NCBI GenBank assembly: GCA_002729175.1 | Contig: PBTS01000039.1 | Span: 2,224-19,597, forward strand | Direction: 5' to 3' | Length of the DNA: 17,374 nt | DNA from: Fidelibacterota bacterium | GTDB taxonomy: Bacteria; Fidelibacterota; Marinisomatia; Marinisomatales; S15-B10 | Part shown: positions 1 through 8,349 of the stretch, piece after piece | How the letters are laid out: every line of letters starts with the position of its first letter | How positions within the stretch are numbered: position 1 is the stretch's first letter | Notes under the pieces: model-generated | Told to the model about the DNA's origin: nothing | Database searches by the model: none | Seen by the model: the letters and a program-made list of their open reading frames with translations, nothing else | Made by a program: the position numbers and the translations under genes

Positions 1-105
1 CAGTCCGGAGGCACTTTGGGCAAAATCTAATTTTGCATATTTTCTACTCTTCACTACTTCAACAGCCCGGCCCGCCTGTTGGATTATATCAACAGAATTA
101 TTCAT
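1..105 (-). CDS. frdC: Fumarate reductase cytochrome b subunit, Wolinella/Campylobacter FrdC type (5' part only, runs off the window; not in the ORF track)
   Basis: Manual translation from the ATG at 105-103 gives MNNSVDIIQQAGRAVEVVKSRKYAKLDFAQSASGL. KSRxxAKLDxxQSAxGL matches the remembered FrdC N-terminus (W. succinogenes KKSRMPAKLDWWQSATGL). The start overlaps the upstream stop as ATGA. Only 35 codons are visible. Confidence 0.75.
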   Translation of the reverse strand, partial: MNNSVDIIQQAGRAVEVVKSRKYAKLDFAQSASGL

Positions 106-386
106 AGATGTTTTTTACCGGTTGCTTTCATATTTTCAAAAGATAAGCGCAATCCATTGAAAATATGGCTTCCAAAGATTAAAACCAAGACGACCTCAAG
201 GGTTCGGACTAAAGGTTTAAAAGAAGAAAGCGCTAAAACATAATTATTGAAAAACGAAGCGTCGCCAAACAAAGTGAAGTTTCCCACCAAGTGAATAATT
301 AAAAAAAAGAATAACAAGAATCCAGTGGTTGCCACCACTGTCTTTTTACCTATTGAAGAATTTAGAAAAGTTGTAACCCGGTTCAA
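102..386 (-). pseudogene. sdhC: Truncated succinate dehydrogenase cytochrome b558 subunit (SdhC, Bacillus/Bacteroidota type), N-terminal 94 aa only
   Basis: SSIGKKxVxAxTGxxLxxFLxxHLxGN and the second-helix HIxxGxxLxxEN are typical of the b558 family. The ORF stops after two TM helices, whereas the family is usually about 200-230 aa with five helices. TTG start. Confidence 0.7.
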
Positions 387-468
387 TGTTTTCTCTAATA
401 TAGTTAATTTATAATGATTGAAATTAGAAAGAGAATAGGAGTATAAAAATACAATTCTATCTAGGCGC

Positions 469-876
469 TTACACTCGTCCGGCTATCTTCGCCCCCAAGT
501 GCCCCCCATAAAATAAAAAAGAAATTGATATGATTCCGATTAAAAGATAAACCCACCTTAGTCTTAGGTGGGTTAAAACAGAAGAACGCCGGGTTCTCCA
601 AATAAATAAAACTAAAAAGATCAAAAATGAAAAAATCTGAACCGCGCCATGGTTAACCCAAATCGGAAATGTTGAACCAAAATGACCAATGAGCGCATCT
701 TGCCAAATTCCTGTAGCCATACCGGCTGTTGCACTAATAAGCCCAATCAACATGACCCACCATCCCACTTTAGCTAAGTCTTTATCATTGGACATCACAT
801 AAAGAAAATCAAACAATATTGCAGAGGACAATAGCGCTATTGGGAAATGAATAACCAAAGAATGAATTTCGGGCAT
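469..876 (-). CDS. DUF2231-family membrane protein (about 4 TM, His-containing)
   Basis: N-terminal IHSLVIHFPIALL, central ATAGMATG, a conserved-looking His (VNHG) and C-terminal GGHLGAKI, with hydrophobic helices. Confidence 0.75.
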   Translation of the reverse strand: MPEIHSLVIHFPIALLSSAILFDFLYVMSNDKDLAKVGWWVMLIGLISATAGMATGIWQDALIGHFGSTFPIWVNHGAVQIFSFLIFLVLFIWRTRRSSVLTHLRLRWVYLLIGIISISFLFYGGHLGAKIAGRV

Positions 877-889
877 TATATTTTTTGTT

Positions 890-2197
890 TCACGATAAAA
901 ATTGAGAAATGGAATCTGAACAATAATGCTTCAGAAATTCTTTTAAAGACCCACCATCCCGCTCAAAAGCATTTTGAGTTTGGATAGATTTAGGTCCATT
1001 TTTTAATACATTTTCTACAAACGGCTGTAAAAGGGGGCGCTCGTTTTTTATTCTGAAATTCGCAGCCCTTTCATCAAGCCCATTTAAAGCCAAATCTGAA
1101 AGGAATTCCAACCATTCTCTAACAGTTTTGTTTTGAGGCCCAACTTGGTCAAAAGATAAATTATTTCCGGAACGAATAAGCGCCTTTCTTTCATTGTTTG
1201 ACCATCTGGCGATAGCTTCCCGCAATTTTCCCCGAGTTTTTAATGCCGTGAGTAAACCGGCAAGAAGGGCAGCTGGTGCCATTTCCATTCCTTTGGGCGG
1301 ACGGTCGCTGGCCCGAACCTCTAAAACAGTTTTAAATCGTACATGAGTAAAAGACTGATGTAGCGCAGAAAGAATATGTGACTTACTTTTATTCGGATCA
1401 GATTGGATCATCTCCCCAAGTGTGCCATCGTAATATTCTGCGTCGCCGTTTTCATTATATTTAAAAATAGTTTTTACCCCCAGTAGCCAATTAGAATAGT
1501 CATCAACAATCTTATTCTGAGAACATATGCCATGGTCAAAAAGCGATCGACATCGGCCCAGATCCGTATCTTCCCATATTTTCCAACGCATATTTGTATT
1601 CCCAACCGGCTTTCCCCGCATAAAAGGTGAATTAGAAAAAAGAATACTGAATAGAGGTTGAATAATATCTGCGAGAAAAGCCATTTCGTTGGCATCTTCC
1701 TCTGATGTAAAGTCAATATTTAATTGAACACTAGTCGCGTTTCTCATCATCCAGGGCCCCAAGTGCCCACTTTTTTTAAACAAATTATCCATTAATTGAT
1801 ATTTATTAATAGTTATCAAATCTATATCGTCTGGTTTACAAAAAGGTTCTAAAGATAAATATAATCGATGAATACTATTTTTTTTACAAAGGGAATTTTC
1901 TATGACTACGTGTCGGTTAAATTGATCTTGAATATTCCACAGACTAATCGCAGGTGCCGAAGCCCACTCAAGTTGACCGCCAGGTTCTAGAGAGTATGTA
2001 AATGGATCGTCGAATTGGGTGTTTTTTTGAATATCACCAATAAAATCCGTTGCGGAATATTGATTTGTTGGGTTTACGGGTAGACGATTAAAAAGAGAAT
2101 TATAATATAGGCCCTCTATCTCAAGTCCTATTTTTCGTTTCTGTTCGGAAACCGTGCTGGAGAGAATTTCAGATTTAATATTTTCAGATAAAGCCAT
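890..2197 (-). CDS. Glutamate-cysteine ligase family protein (GCS2; GshA/EgtA-like)
   Basis: Motifs KIGLEIE, SLEPGGQLEW, WMMRNATSVQLNIDF, LFSNSPF and HVRFKTVLEVRASD. Confidence 0.85.
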   Translation of the reverse strand: MALSENIKSEILSSTVSEQKRKIGLEIEGLYYNSLFNRLPVNPTNQYSATDFIGDIQKNTQFDDPFTYSLEPGGQLEWASAPAISLWNIQDQFNRHVVIENSLCKKNSIHRLYLSLEPFCKPDDIDLITINKYQLMDNLFKKSGHLGPWMMRNATSVQLNIDFTSEEDANEMAFLADIIQPLFSILFSNSPFMRGKPVGNTNMRWKIWEDTDLGRCRSLFDHGICSQNKIVDDYSNWLLGVKTIFKYNENGDAEYYDGTLGEMIQSDPNKSKSHILSALHQSFTHVRFKTVLEVRASDRPPKGMEMAPAALLAGLLTALKTRGKLREAIARWSNNERKALIRSGNNLSFDQVGPQNKTVREWLEFLSDLALNGLDERAANFRIKNERPLLQPFVENVLKNGPKSIQTQNAFERDGGSLKEFLKHYCSDSISQFLS

Positions 2198-2200
2198 GAT

Positions 2201-2752
2201 TTATAGAGAGAAATTTACTGACATTTTTTTCAACATTCTCGCCATGGATTCCTCAGGGTTTTTATTTAACACATTATCTTTATGGACCCAAGCAATATCG
2301 TGGGACTCATCGCTCACAATTATGTTTTCTGTACCATGGGGGCTCTCCAAAATAAATCGAACATCGTAATGAAAATGTGCGAGCGTATTTTTGTATTTTG
2401 GAATTCGATGAATTCCTAAATCGAATATATCCGGGGACAACACATTAAAGACATTGAAACCCGACTCTTCTCGTGCCTCACTCAAGGCAACCTTTAATAA
2501 ATCAGAACAACCATCGGCATGACCACCCAATTGCAACCAAAGATCTAATTTTCGATGATGTGTCATCAAAACCCATTCTCGAGTTTCGTCTACGATCCAC
2601 GAAGAGCCAGTAAAATGTCCATTTAAATTATTTCGATTAAAACATTGTGGCGTGGATTCCAAAAATTGGATGGAAGTCTCAATCAACGATTTTTCATCGG
2701 AATGATTGTTTTTGTAATTAATTAATAGTTGTTTTAATGGTTGCCGTTTCAA
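2201..2752 (-). CDS. Nudix hydrolase
   Basis: GHFTGSSWIV, HHRKLDLWLQLGGHADG and a Nudix box (GHADG...ALSEAREESG), plus HFHYDVRF. TTG start; stop lies 3 nt from the next gene. Confidence 0.88.
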   Translation of the reverse strand: MKRQPLKQLLINYKNNHSDEKSLIETSIQFLESTPQCFNRNNLNGHFTGSSWIVDETREWVLMTHHRKLDLWLQLGGHADGCSDLLKVALSEAREESGFNVFNVLSPDIFDLGIHRIPKYKNTLAHFHYDVRFILESPHGTENIIVSDESHDIAWVHKDNVLNKNPEESMARMLKKMSVNFSL

Positions 2753-2842
2753 AGAGAATCTTTCGCTGAAAATACTAAGATAATTTAATGCGACCCGCGA
2801 TACAATTTCTTTAAATTAAAGGGCATAATTTGAGGGGAAGCC

Positions 2843-5581
2843 ATGAATAACTTAACTATAAACAACCTTGTGTATTCATTTGGCAACGGGAAAGCCGATG
2901 GCCAAGCCGATATGGTGAATTTATTGGGTGGCAAAGGCGCCAATCTTGCGGAAATGACAAAATTGGGATTACCGGTTCCACCTGGGTTTACAATTACCAC
3001 AGAAGTTTGCACCCATTTTTATAACAACAACAAGTTTCCAAACCACCTTGAAGAAGAAGTGAAAAAGGCAATTTCGCGCATGGAATCCGATATGGGTATG
3101 CTATTTGGTGATGAGGAAAATCCTCTGCTCGTTTCAGTTCGGTCTGGTGCGCGAAAATCTATGCCCGGCATGATGGAAACGGTGTTGAATTTGGGGTTAA
3201 CAACAAAAACTATTCCCGGACTAATTCACAAAACAAAAAATGAACGCTTCGTTTACGATGCATACCGTCGGTTGATTATGATGTATTCGGATGTTGTAAT
3301 GGAAAAATCCGGTGGGATAGATCCAAAGGGAGAAAAAGGAATTAGACAACAACTTGAAGATATTTTAAGTATTTATAAAGCAAAAAAGAGATATCAATCA
3401 GACTTAGATATGAAAGGGAATGACTGGAAATATATTTCTACCGAATTCAAAAATTATATAGAAAAAAAGCTAAACAAACATTTCCCGGATGATCCATATG
3501 AACAACTGTGGGGAGGGATTCGGGCGGTTTTTCGAAGTTGGAGTGGCGCACGCGCGACACATTATCGTCGAATAGAAAACATACCCAACAATTGGGGAAC
3601 AGCGGTGAATGTTCAAGCGATGGTGTTTGGGAACACAGGAGATGCATCGGCCACAGGTGTTGCCTTCACAAGAAACCCAGCCACAGGCGAAAATAAATTT
3701 TATGGAGAATGGCTACAAAACGCCCAAGGAGAAGATGTTGTTGCCGGAGTTCGTACGCCACACCCTTTAAATGAAGCGACAAGAACAAAAGAATCCAAAC
3801 ACTTAAAGTCATTGGAATCCTTTATGCCCAAGGCTTATACCCAACTAAATGACATTAGAACAAGCCTAGAAACACATTATAGTGAGATGCAGGATATTGA
3901 ATTTACAATAGAAAACAATTTTCTATGGATGCTTCAAACGCGAACAGGAAAACGAACTGGGGTGGCTGCGATTCAAATGGCTGTAGATATGGTTACCGAT
4001 GGCATGATAACAAAAGAAGAGGCGATTTCCCGAATTAACCCAGAACAAATTGACGACCTGCTTCACCCAACATTAAATAAAGAAGAAGAAAAAAAAGCGG
4101 AGGTTATTGCCCGCGGGCTACCAGCCGGCCCAGGGGGAGGAATTGGCCAAATTGTTTTTACAGCAGACGAGGCAGAAAAACAAGCAATGGCAGGGAAGAA
4201 AGTGATTTTAGTTCGAGAAGAAACATCTCCAGAAGATGTTCATGGTATGCATGAATCAGAAGGAATTTTAACAGCCAAAGGTGGAATGACATCTCATGCA
4301 GCGCTTGTAGCTAGAGGTTGGGGGAAGTGTTGTATCGTTGGTTGTTCGGCCCTAAACATTGATTTATCTAAAAAAGAAATTACCATTGATGACAAAAAGC
4401 TATATGAGGGCGATTGGATTTCAATGAACGGCTCAAATGGAGCGGTATACAAAGGAAAGGTTGCTTTACAGACTGCAAATCCGGATTCTAATAAAACATA
4501 CCGTCAACTTATGATGTGGGCTGACAAGATTCGAACGCTAAAGATTCGAACAAACGCAGATAGCCCAGAGGACGCATTACAAGCAATTGCATTTGGAGCG
4601 GAGGGTATTGGATTGTGCCGCACGGAACATATGTTTTTTGATCCCCAAAGAGTGATGATAATGCGGAAAATGATTTTGGCGGAAAATGATTATAGTCGTC
4701 GAAAATTTGTTATGGAATTACTACCATATCAACGAAAGGACTTTATCGGTATCTTAAAAGCAATGGATGGAAAGCCGGCAACGATTCGTCTTCTTGACCC
4801 CCCACTCCACGAGTTTTTATCTTTAAACAGTTCGCAAATTAAAAAACTAGCTATAGAGTTAAATGTAATAACCCAAAAAATAAAAAACCGTATTTCTGAA
4901 CTTCATGAATTTAATCCCATGCTAGGGCATCGAGGATGTCGCTTAGGCATTGCTTACCCAGAAATCACCGAAATGCAAGCCCGCGCTATCTTTGAAGCAA
5001 CAGCAGAATTAACCGTAGCCGGCATAGAGGTATTTCCAGAAATAATGATTCCACTGGTTGGCACCCACACAGAGTTAAAAAACCAAGAGGCGCTGGTAAG
5101 AAACATTGCAGAAATAGTTAAAAAAGAACAGAAAACAGATTTTCATTATACGGTTGGAACAATGATTGAATTACCACGAGCTTGTTTAACCGCGAATGAA
5201 ATAGCAAAAAATGCAGAATTTTTTAGTTTTGGAACGAACGATTTAACACAAACAACCTATGGGTTTAGCCGAGATGATATCGGCGGGTTCTTGCCAAACT
5301 ATCTAAACGAAAACATTTTATCCCACGATCCATTTCAGAGTTTAGACCAAAATGGCGTGGGACAATTAATTACAATGGCCGTGGATAAGGGGAGAAGTGT
5401 TCGTAAAAATTTAAAAATAGGCATTTGTGGTGAACACGGCGGAGACCCAGCAAGTATTGATTTTTGTTATCGAAACGGCTTGGATTATGTTAGTTGTTCT
5501 CCATTTAGGGTTCCAATTGCTCGGCTAGCTGCCGCACAAGCAGTAATCAAAAAGAAAAGGTTTGACTCAAACCATAATTAA
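2843..5581 (+). CDS. ppdK: Pyruvate, phosphate dikinase
   Basis: LLGGKGANLAEM, PVPPGFTITT, LLVSVRSGA, phospho-His motif GGMTSHAALVARG, GIGLCRTEHMFF, FFSFGTNDLTQ and GICGEHGGDP. 912 aa; GAGGGG RBS at 2832-2837. Confidence 0.98.
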   Translation: MNNLTINNLVYSFGNGKADGQADMVNLLGGKGANLAEMTKLGLPVPPGFTITTEVCTHFYNNNKFPNHLEEEVKKAISRMESDMGMLFGDEENPLLVSVRSGARKSMPGMMETVLNLGLTTKTIPGLIHKTKNERFVYDAYRRLIMMYSDVVMEKSGGIDPKGEKGIRQQLEDILSIYKAKKRYQSDLDMKGNDWKYISTEFKNYIEKKLNKHFPDDPYEQLWGGIRAVFRSWSGARATHYRRIENIPNNWGTAVNVQAMVFGNTGDASATGVAFTRNPATGENKFYGEWLQNAQGEDVVAGVRTPHPLNEATRTKESKHLKSLESFMPKAYTQLNDIRTSLETHYSEMQDIEFTIENNFLWMLQTRTGKRTGVAAIQMAVDMVTDGMITKEEAISRINPEQIDDLLHPTLNKEEEKKAEVIARGLPAGPGGGIGQIVFTADEAEKQAMAGKKVILVREETSPEDVHGMHESEGILTAKGGMTSHAALVARGWGKCCIVGCSALNIDLSKKEITIDDKKLYEGDWISMNGSNGAVYKGKVALQTANPDSNKTYRQLMMWADKIRTLKIRTNADSPEDALQAIAFGAEGIGLCRTEHMFFDPQRVMIMRKMILAENDYSRRKFVMELLPYQRKDFIGILKAMDGKPATIRLLDPPLHEFLSLNSSQIKKLAIELNVITQKIKNRISELHEFNPMLGHRGCRLGIAYPEITEMQARAIFEATAELTVAGIEVFPEIMIPLVGTHTELKNQEALVRNIAEIVKKEQKTDFHYTVGTMIELPRACLTANEIAKNAEFFSFGTNDLTQTTYGFSRDDIGGFLPNYLNENILSHDPFQSLDQNGVGQLITMAVDKGRSVRKNLKIGICGEHGGDPASIDFCYRNGLDYVSCSPFRVPIARLAAAQAVIKKKRFDSNHN

Positions 5582-5591
5582 AACTTAGGTT
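5562..5591 (+). promoter_or_regulatory. Possible sigma70-type promoter for the asn leader/asnB transcript
   Basis: TTGACT (5562-5567), 18 nt spacer, TAGGTT (5586-5591). It would start transcription only a few nt before the leader ATG at 5602. Pattern match only. Confidence 0.3.
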
Positions 5592-5601
5592 TATTGACGG
5601 C

Positions 5602-5670
5602 ATGGGTTACACAATCAATAATAACAATAACAATAACGCCAATAACAATGGCGTAGGGGCTCTCGTGTAA
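5602..5670 (+). CDS. Putative asparagine-rich leader peptide MGYTINNNNNNNANNNGVGALV (22 aa, 10 Asn)
   Basis: ATG at 5602 and TAA at 5668-5670. Ten in-frame Asn codons use both AAT and AAC. Lies immediately upstream of a terminator and asnB. Confidence 0.85.
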   Translation: MGYTINNNNNNNANNNGVGALV

Positions 5671-5694
5671 CCTAACGAGTTAATTAAATATTTT

Positions 5695-5733
5695 AAAAGC
5701 CCCCAAAGTCGAAAGGTTTTGGGGGCTTTTTTT
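5695..5733 (+). terminator. Intrinsic terminator (candidate attenuator) upstream of asnB
   Basis: AAAAGCCCCCAAAGTC-GAAA-GGTTTTGGGGGC followed by T7: GC-rich stem with two G-U pairs, GNRA loop and U-tract, ending 24 nt before the asnB ATG. Confidence 0.9.
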
Positions 5734-5757
5734 ATTCATATAAATAAAGGAAAAACA

Positions 5758-7344
5758 ATGTGTGGAATTTTTGCCTATAAGGGCAACACATATAGGTGGA
5801 ATGATTTAAAACCCCACGTAGATAAAATACAATATAGGGGCCCAGATAATTCACACGAGAAACAGATCAATGCGAATACAATTTTTGCATTTCATCGGTT
5901 AGCAATAATAGGAACAAGTGAGGCTGGAGACCAACCCCTGTTTCACCCAGAAGATGGAGGCATTTCAATTGTCTGTAATGGAGAAATCTATAATTATGTA
6001 ATATTAGCGAAGAAATATGGAATTGATTTAAAAAGCGGATCTGACTGTGAAATAATTCTGCATTTATATAAACGGTTTGGTATTAAAAAAACGATAGAAT
6101 CCCTTGATGGCGTCTTTATGTTTGTGTTAAACGATCAAAACAAGCAGGAACTATTTGCTGGAAGAGATCCATTTGGTGTGAGGCCTGGGTTTGTAGGACG
6201 AAAGGGGCACGAGATTATGTTTGCATCAGAAGCAAAACCTCTCATTGGTTTGTGTGACAAAATCGATCAGTTTAGCCCGGGCCACTGGTGGCAGCTATCC
6301 ACAGATAAATTCTCCAAATATAATTTTAATAATGATATCGACTTAAACGAAACGAATGAATTAAGTATTCTTGAAGGAATCCGAGAAAAGTTGACCGATG
6401 CTGTTCAAAAAAGAATGATGGCCGAAAGAGAAATTGGATCACTGTTGTCTGGCGGGCTTGATTCAAGTTTAATTTCTGCGTTGGTGAACCAATTTCATAC
6501 TGGACCAACCTTAAAAACTTTTTCAATTGGTATGCCTGGAAGCATCGATTTAGATTATGCGCAAATTGTTGCAAACCACATAGGCACAGACCATCACCAG
6601 ATTCAAATATCAAAAGAAGCATTCTTAGATGCAATTGAAACGGTTATATATAATATAGAATCCTTTGATACCACGACAGTGCGAGCAAGCGTTGGTAACT
6701 ATCTTGTTTCAAAATATATTCGAGAAAACTCGGACTGTAAAGTTATTTTTAATGGTGATGGTAGCGATGAGGTCTGTGGTGGGTATGTATATATGAAAAA
6801 CGCACCGACGGAGAACGATTTTCAACTGGAATGCAATCGTCTCGTTGATGAAATTCATTGGTTTGATGTATTGAGATCCGATCGAAGCATAAGCTCAAAC
6901 GGACTAGAAGCGCGGACACCGTTTTTAGACAAAGCTTTTGTTCAATACTATTTATCCATCCCCGCTAAAATGAAAACATTTGATGGGAAGCTCCGATTGG
7001 AAAAATATTTATTACGAAAAGCATTCGACCAATCAGAATTGTTGCCGGAATCTGTATTATGGAGAAGAAAATGTGCATTCTCTGATGGTGTTAGTGCCAA
7101 AGACAATTCATGGCATCACGTAATCCAATCATTTGTAGATAGTAAAATTTCTGACGAGGAGTACAAAACAAAATCGAAAGCATATGTTCATTGTAAACCC
7201 ATTTTAAAAGAGAGCTATTATTACAGAAAAGTCTTCGAATCTATTTTTGGGAAGCAGGAAAAACTTATTCCGCATTTTTGGATGCCGAAATGGGTTGAAA
7301 CCAATGATCCATCTGCAAGAGAGATGACCGGTTACATAGAATAA
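5758..7344 (+). CDS. asnB: Asparagine synthase (glutamine-hydrolysing)
   Basis: True start is the ATG at 5758 (MCGIF, N-terminal nucleophile Cys), with AAAGGA RBS at 5746-5751. Motifs RGPD, FHRLAI, CNGEIYN, RDPFGVRP, LLSGGLDSS, GDGSDE and LEARTPFLD. Confidence 0.96.
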   Translation: MCGIFAYKGNTYRWNDLKPHVDKIQYRGPDNSHEKQINANTIFAFHRLAIIGTSEAGDQPLFHPEDGGISIVCNGEIYNYVILAKKYGIDLKSGSDCEIILHLYKRFGIKKTIESLDGVFMFVLNDQNKQELFAGRDPFGVRPGFVGRKGHEIMFASEAKPLIGLCDKIDQFSPGHWWQLSTDKFSKYNFNNDIDLNETNELSILEGIREKLTDAVQKRMMAEREIGSLLSGGLDSSLISALVNQFHTGPTLKTFSIGMPGSIDLDYAQIVANHIGTDHHQIQISKEAFLDAIETVIYNIESFDTTTVRASVGNYLVSKYIRENSDCKVIFNGDGSDEVCGGYVYMKNAPTENDFQLECNRLVDEIHWFDVLRSDRSISSNGLEARTPFLDKAFVQYYLSIPAKMKTFDGKLRLEKYLLRKAFDQSELLPESVLWRRKCAFSDGVSAKDNSWHHVIQSFVDSKISDEEYKTKSKAYVHCKPILKESYYYRKVFESIFGKQEKLIPHFWMPKWVETNDPSAREMTGYIE

Positions 7345-7383
7345 AAAACCCTGCTCATCCGTTTTGGGAAAGCAGGGTTTTTT
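7343..7383. terminator. Bidirectional intrinsic terminator between the convergent asnB and fliG-like genes
   Basis: Perfect 13-bp inverted repeat AAAAAACCCTGCT (7343-7355) / AGCAGGGTTTTTT (7371-7383), giving a U-tract on either strand. Confidence 0.9.
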
Positions 7384-7407
7384 CATTAGCGATAAATAAG
7401 AGTGAAT

Positions 7408-8340
7408 TTATTCGACGGTTTCTCCGCCAAGAAGATCTTCAAGTTTGAAGGCTCCATCACTCTCCATTTGTTTGGCAGACTGCACAATGGATTTTCTGGC
7501 ATTATCAACATCCCGCTTGGGGACCGCACCGGCAACAGGTTCGTACATTGCCTGTTTCTTTTTAGGCAACACACCAATTACTCTATCGGAAATTAATTGA
7601 TCCATTCCTTTTAGAGCCATAGCCACTGTATCCAAATCCACCGCATTCATGAGGTCTCGCAGTAGGTTGTCCGGAAAGATTTCAAAAATTGTTTCAAATG
7701 TTATGCGGTATTTTTTTACCTCTTCGGCGAGTTCCGGGTTTTCTTGTTCGAGATTAGTCATGAACATTTCTTCTTCTTCAGGATCCATCGAACCCAATAT
7801 ATCAGCTAAATCTTTACCGCCACCCCTAGAAAAAGCCACCGTTTTGGGAAGCTGTTTTGCTTTTTTCTGAAGTTTATTTGCAATTTGCACAACGGCTTCG
7901 AGAGGTACATCATTTAGGTTGCCAATACTTAAAAGAACCTGACCTTTTTCTTCTTCACCAATACGGCTTAATACTTTCATACGTTTTTCAGCAGAAAGCT
8001 GTGCGATTGAAATTGCGATTACTCGAGGTGATTCCGTAATTAACATTGCAATAATTTGTTCATCGGTTAAGTCATCTAAAAACGCGAAGGGTTTCTTGGG
8101 TTCATCAGACTCTTCATTTCCTTGAAATTTTTCACTGACAAAAGAAAAATAAAATTCTTCCATCACCTGTTTTTTTACAGAAAAAGCAACATTTTCTACA
8201 TCGCGCATGGCCGCTCGAATTTTTCGAACTTCTGTTTTGTCTAAACTCTTAACTAGGTTTAATGCGAGGCTTTCTCCAAGTACGGAAAACAGGATGGCCA
8301 CTTTTTGAAGGCCCGAAAGTTTGTTATAATCTGAAATCAT
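7408..8340 (-). CDS. fliG: FliG-like rotor protein (divergent; N, M and C domains)
   Basis: LSGLQKVAILFSVLG (FliG-N), PFAFL...ESPRVIA (EHPQ position), GG linker RGGGKDLADIL, ITFETI (MFxF position), VAMALKG and the C-terminal VPKRDVDNARKSIV. Confidence 0.85.
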   Translation of the reverse strand: MISDYNKLSGLQKVAILFSVLGESLALNLVKSLDKTEVRKIRAAMRDVENVAFSVKKQVMEEFYFSFVSEKFQGNEESDEPKKPFAFLDDLTDEQIIAMLITESPRVIAISIAQLSAEKRMKVLSRIGEEEKGQVLLSIGNLNDVPLEAVVQIANKLQKKAKQLPKTVAFSRGGGKDLADILGSMDPEEEEMFMTNLEQENPELAEEVKKYRITFETIFEIFPDNLLRDLMNAVDLDTVAMALKGMDQLISDRVIGVLPKKKQAMYEPVAGAVPKRDVDNARKSIVQSAKQMESDGAFKLEDLLGGETVE

Positions 8341-8349
8341 AATTGCCTC

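Noticed and set aside
5594..5622. TTGACG-17-AATAAT as the asnB promoter
   Set aside because: The -10 lacks the first T and lies in the Asn codon run, where such matches are inevitable. It would also start transcription inside the leader and run into the terminator. Not fully excluded without TSS data.
5616..5649. (AATAAC)n tract read as a microsatellite or CRISPR-like repeat
   Set aside because: There is no repeat-spacer structure. The tract is exactly in frame as Asn codons between an ATG and a TAA upstream of asnB, so a leader peptide explains it better.
5695..5733. Hairpin as merely the ppdK terminator
   Set aside because: It may also stop ppdK transcripts, but it is over 110 nt past the ppdK stop and leaves only 24 nt before asnB, too little for a separate promoter. 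It also has a matching antiterminator in the leader.
5719..5757. ORF-track N-terminal extension of asnB from a TTG
   Set aside because: It lies within the terminator. AsnB needs Cys at position 2 (MCGIF), and the RBS precedes 5758.
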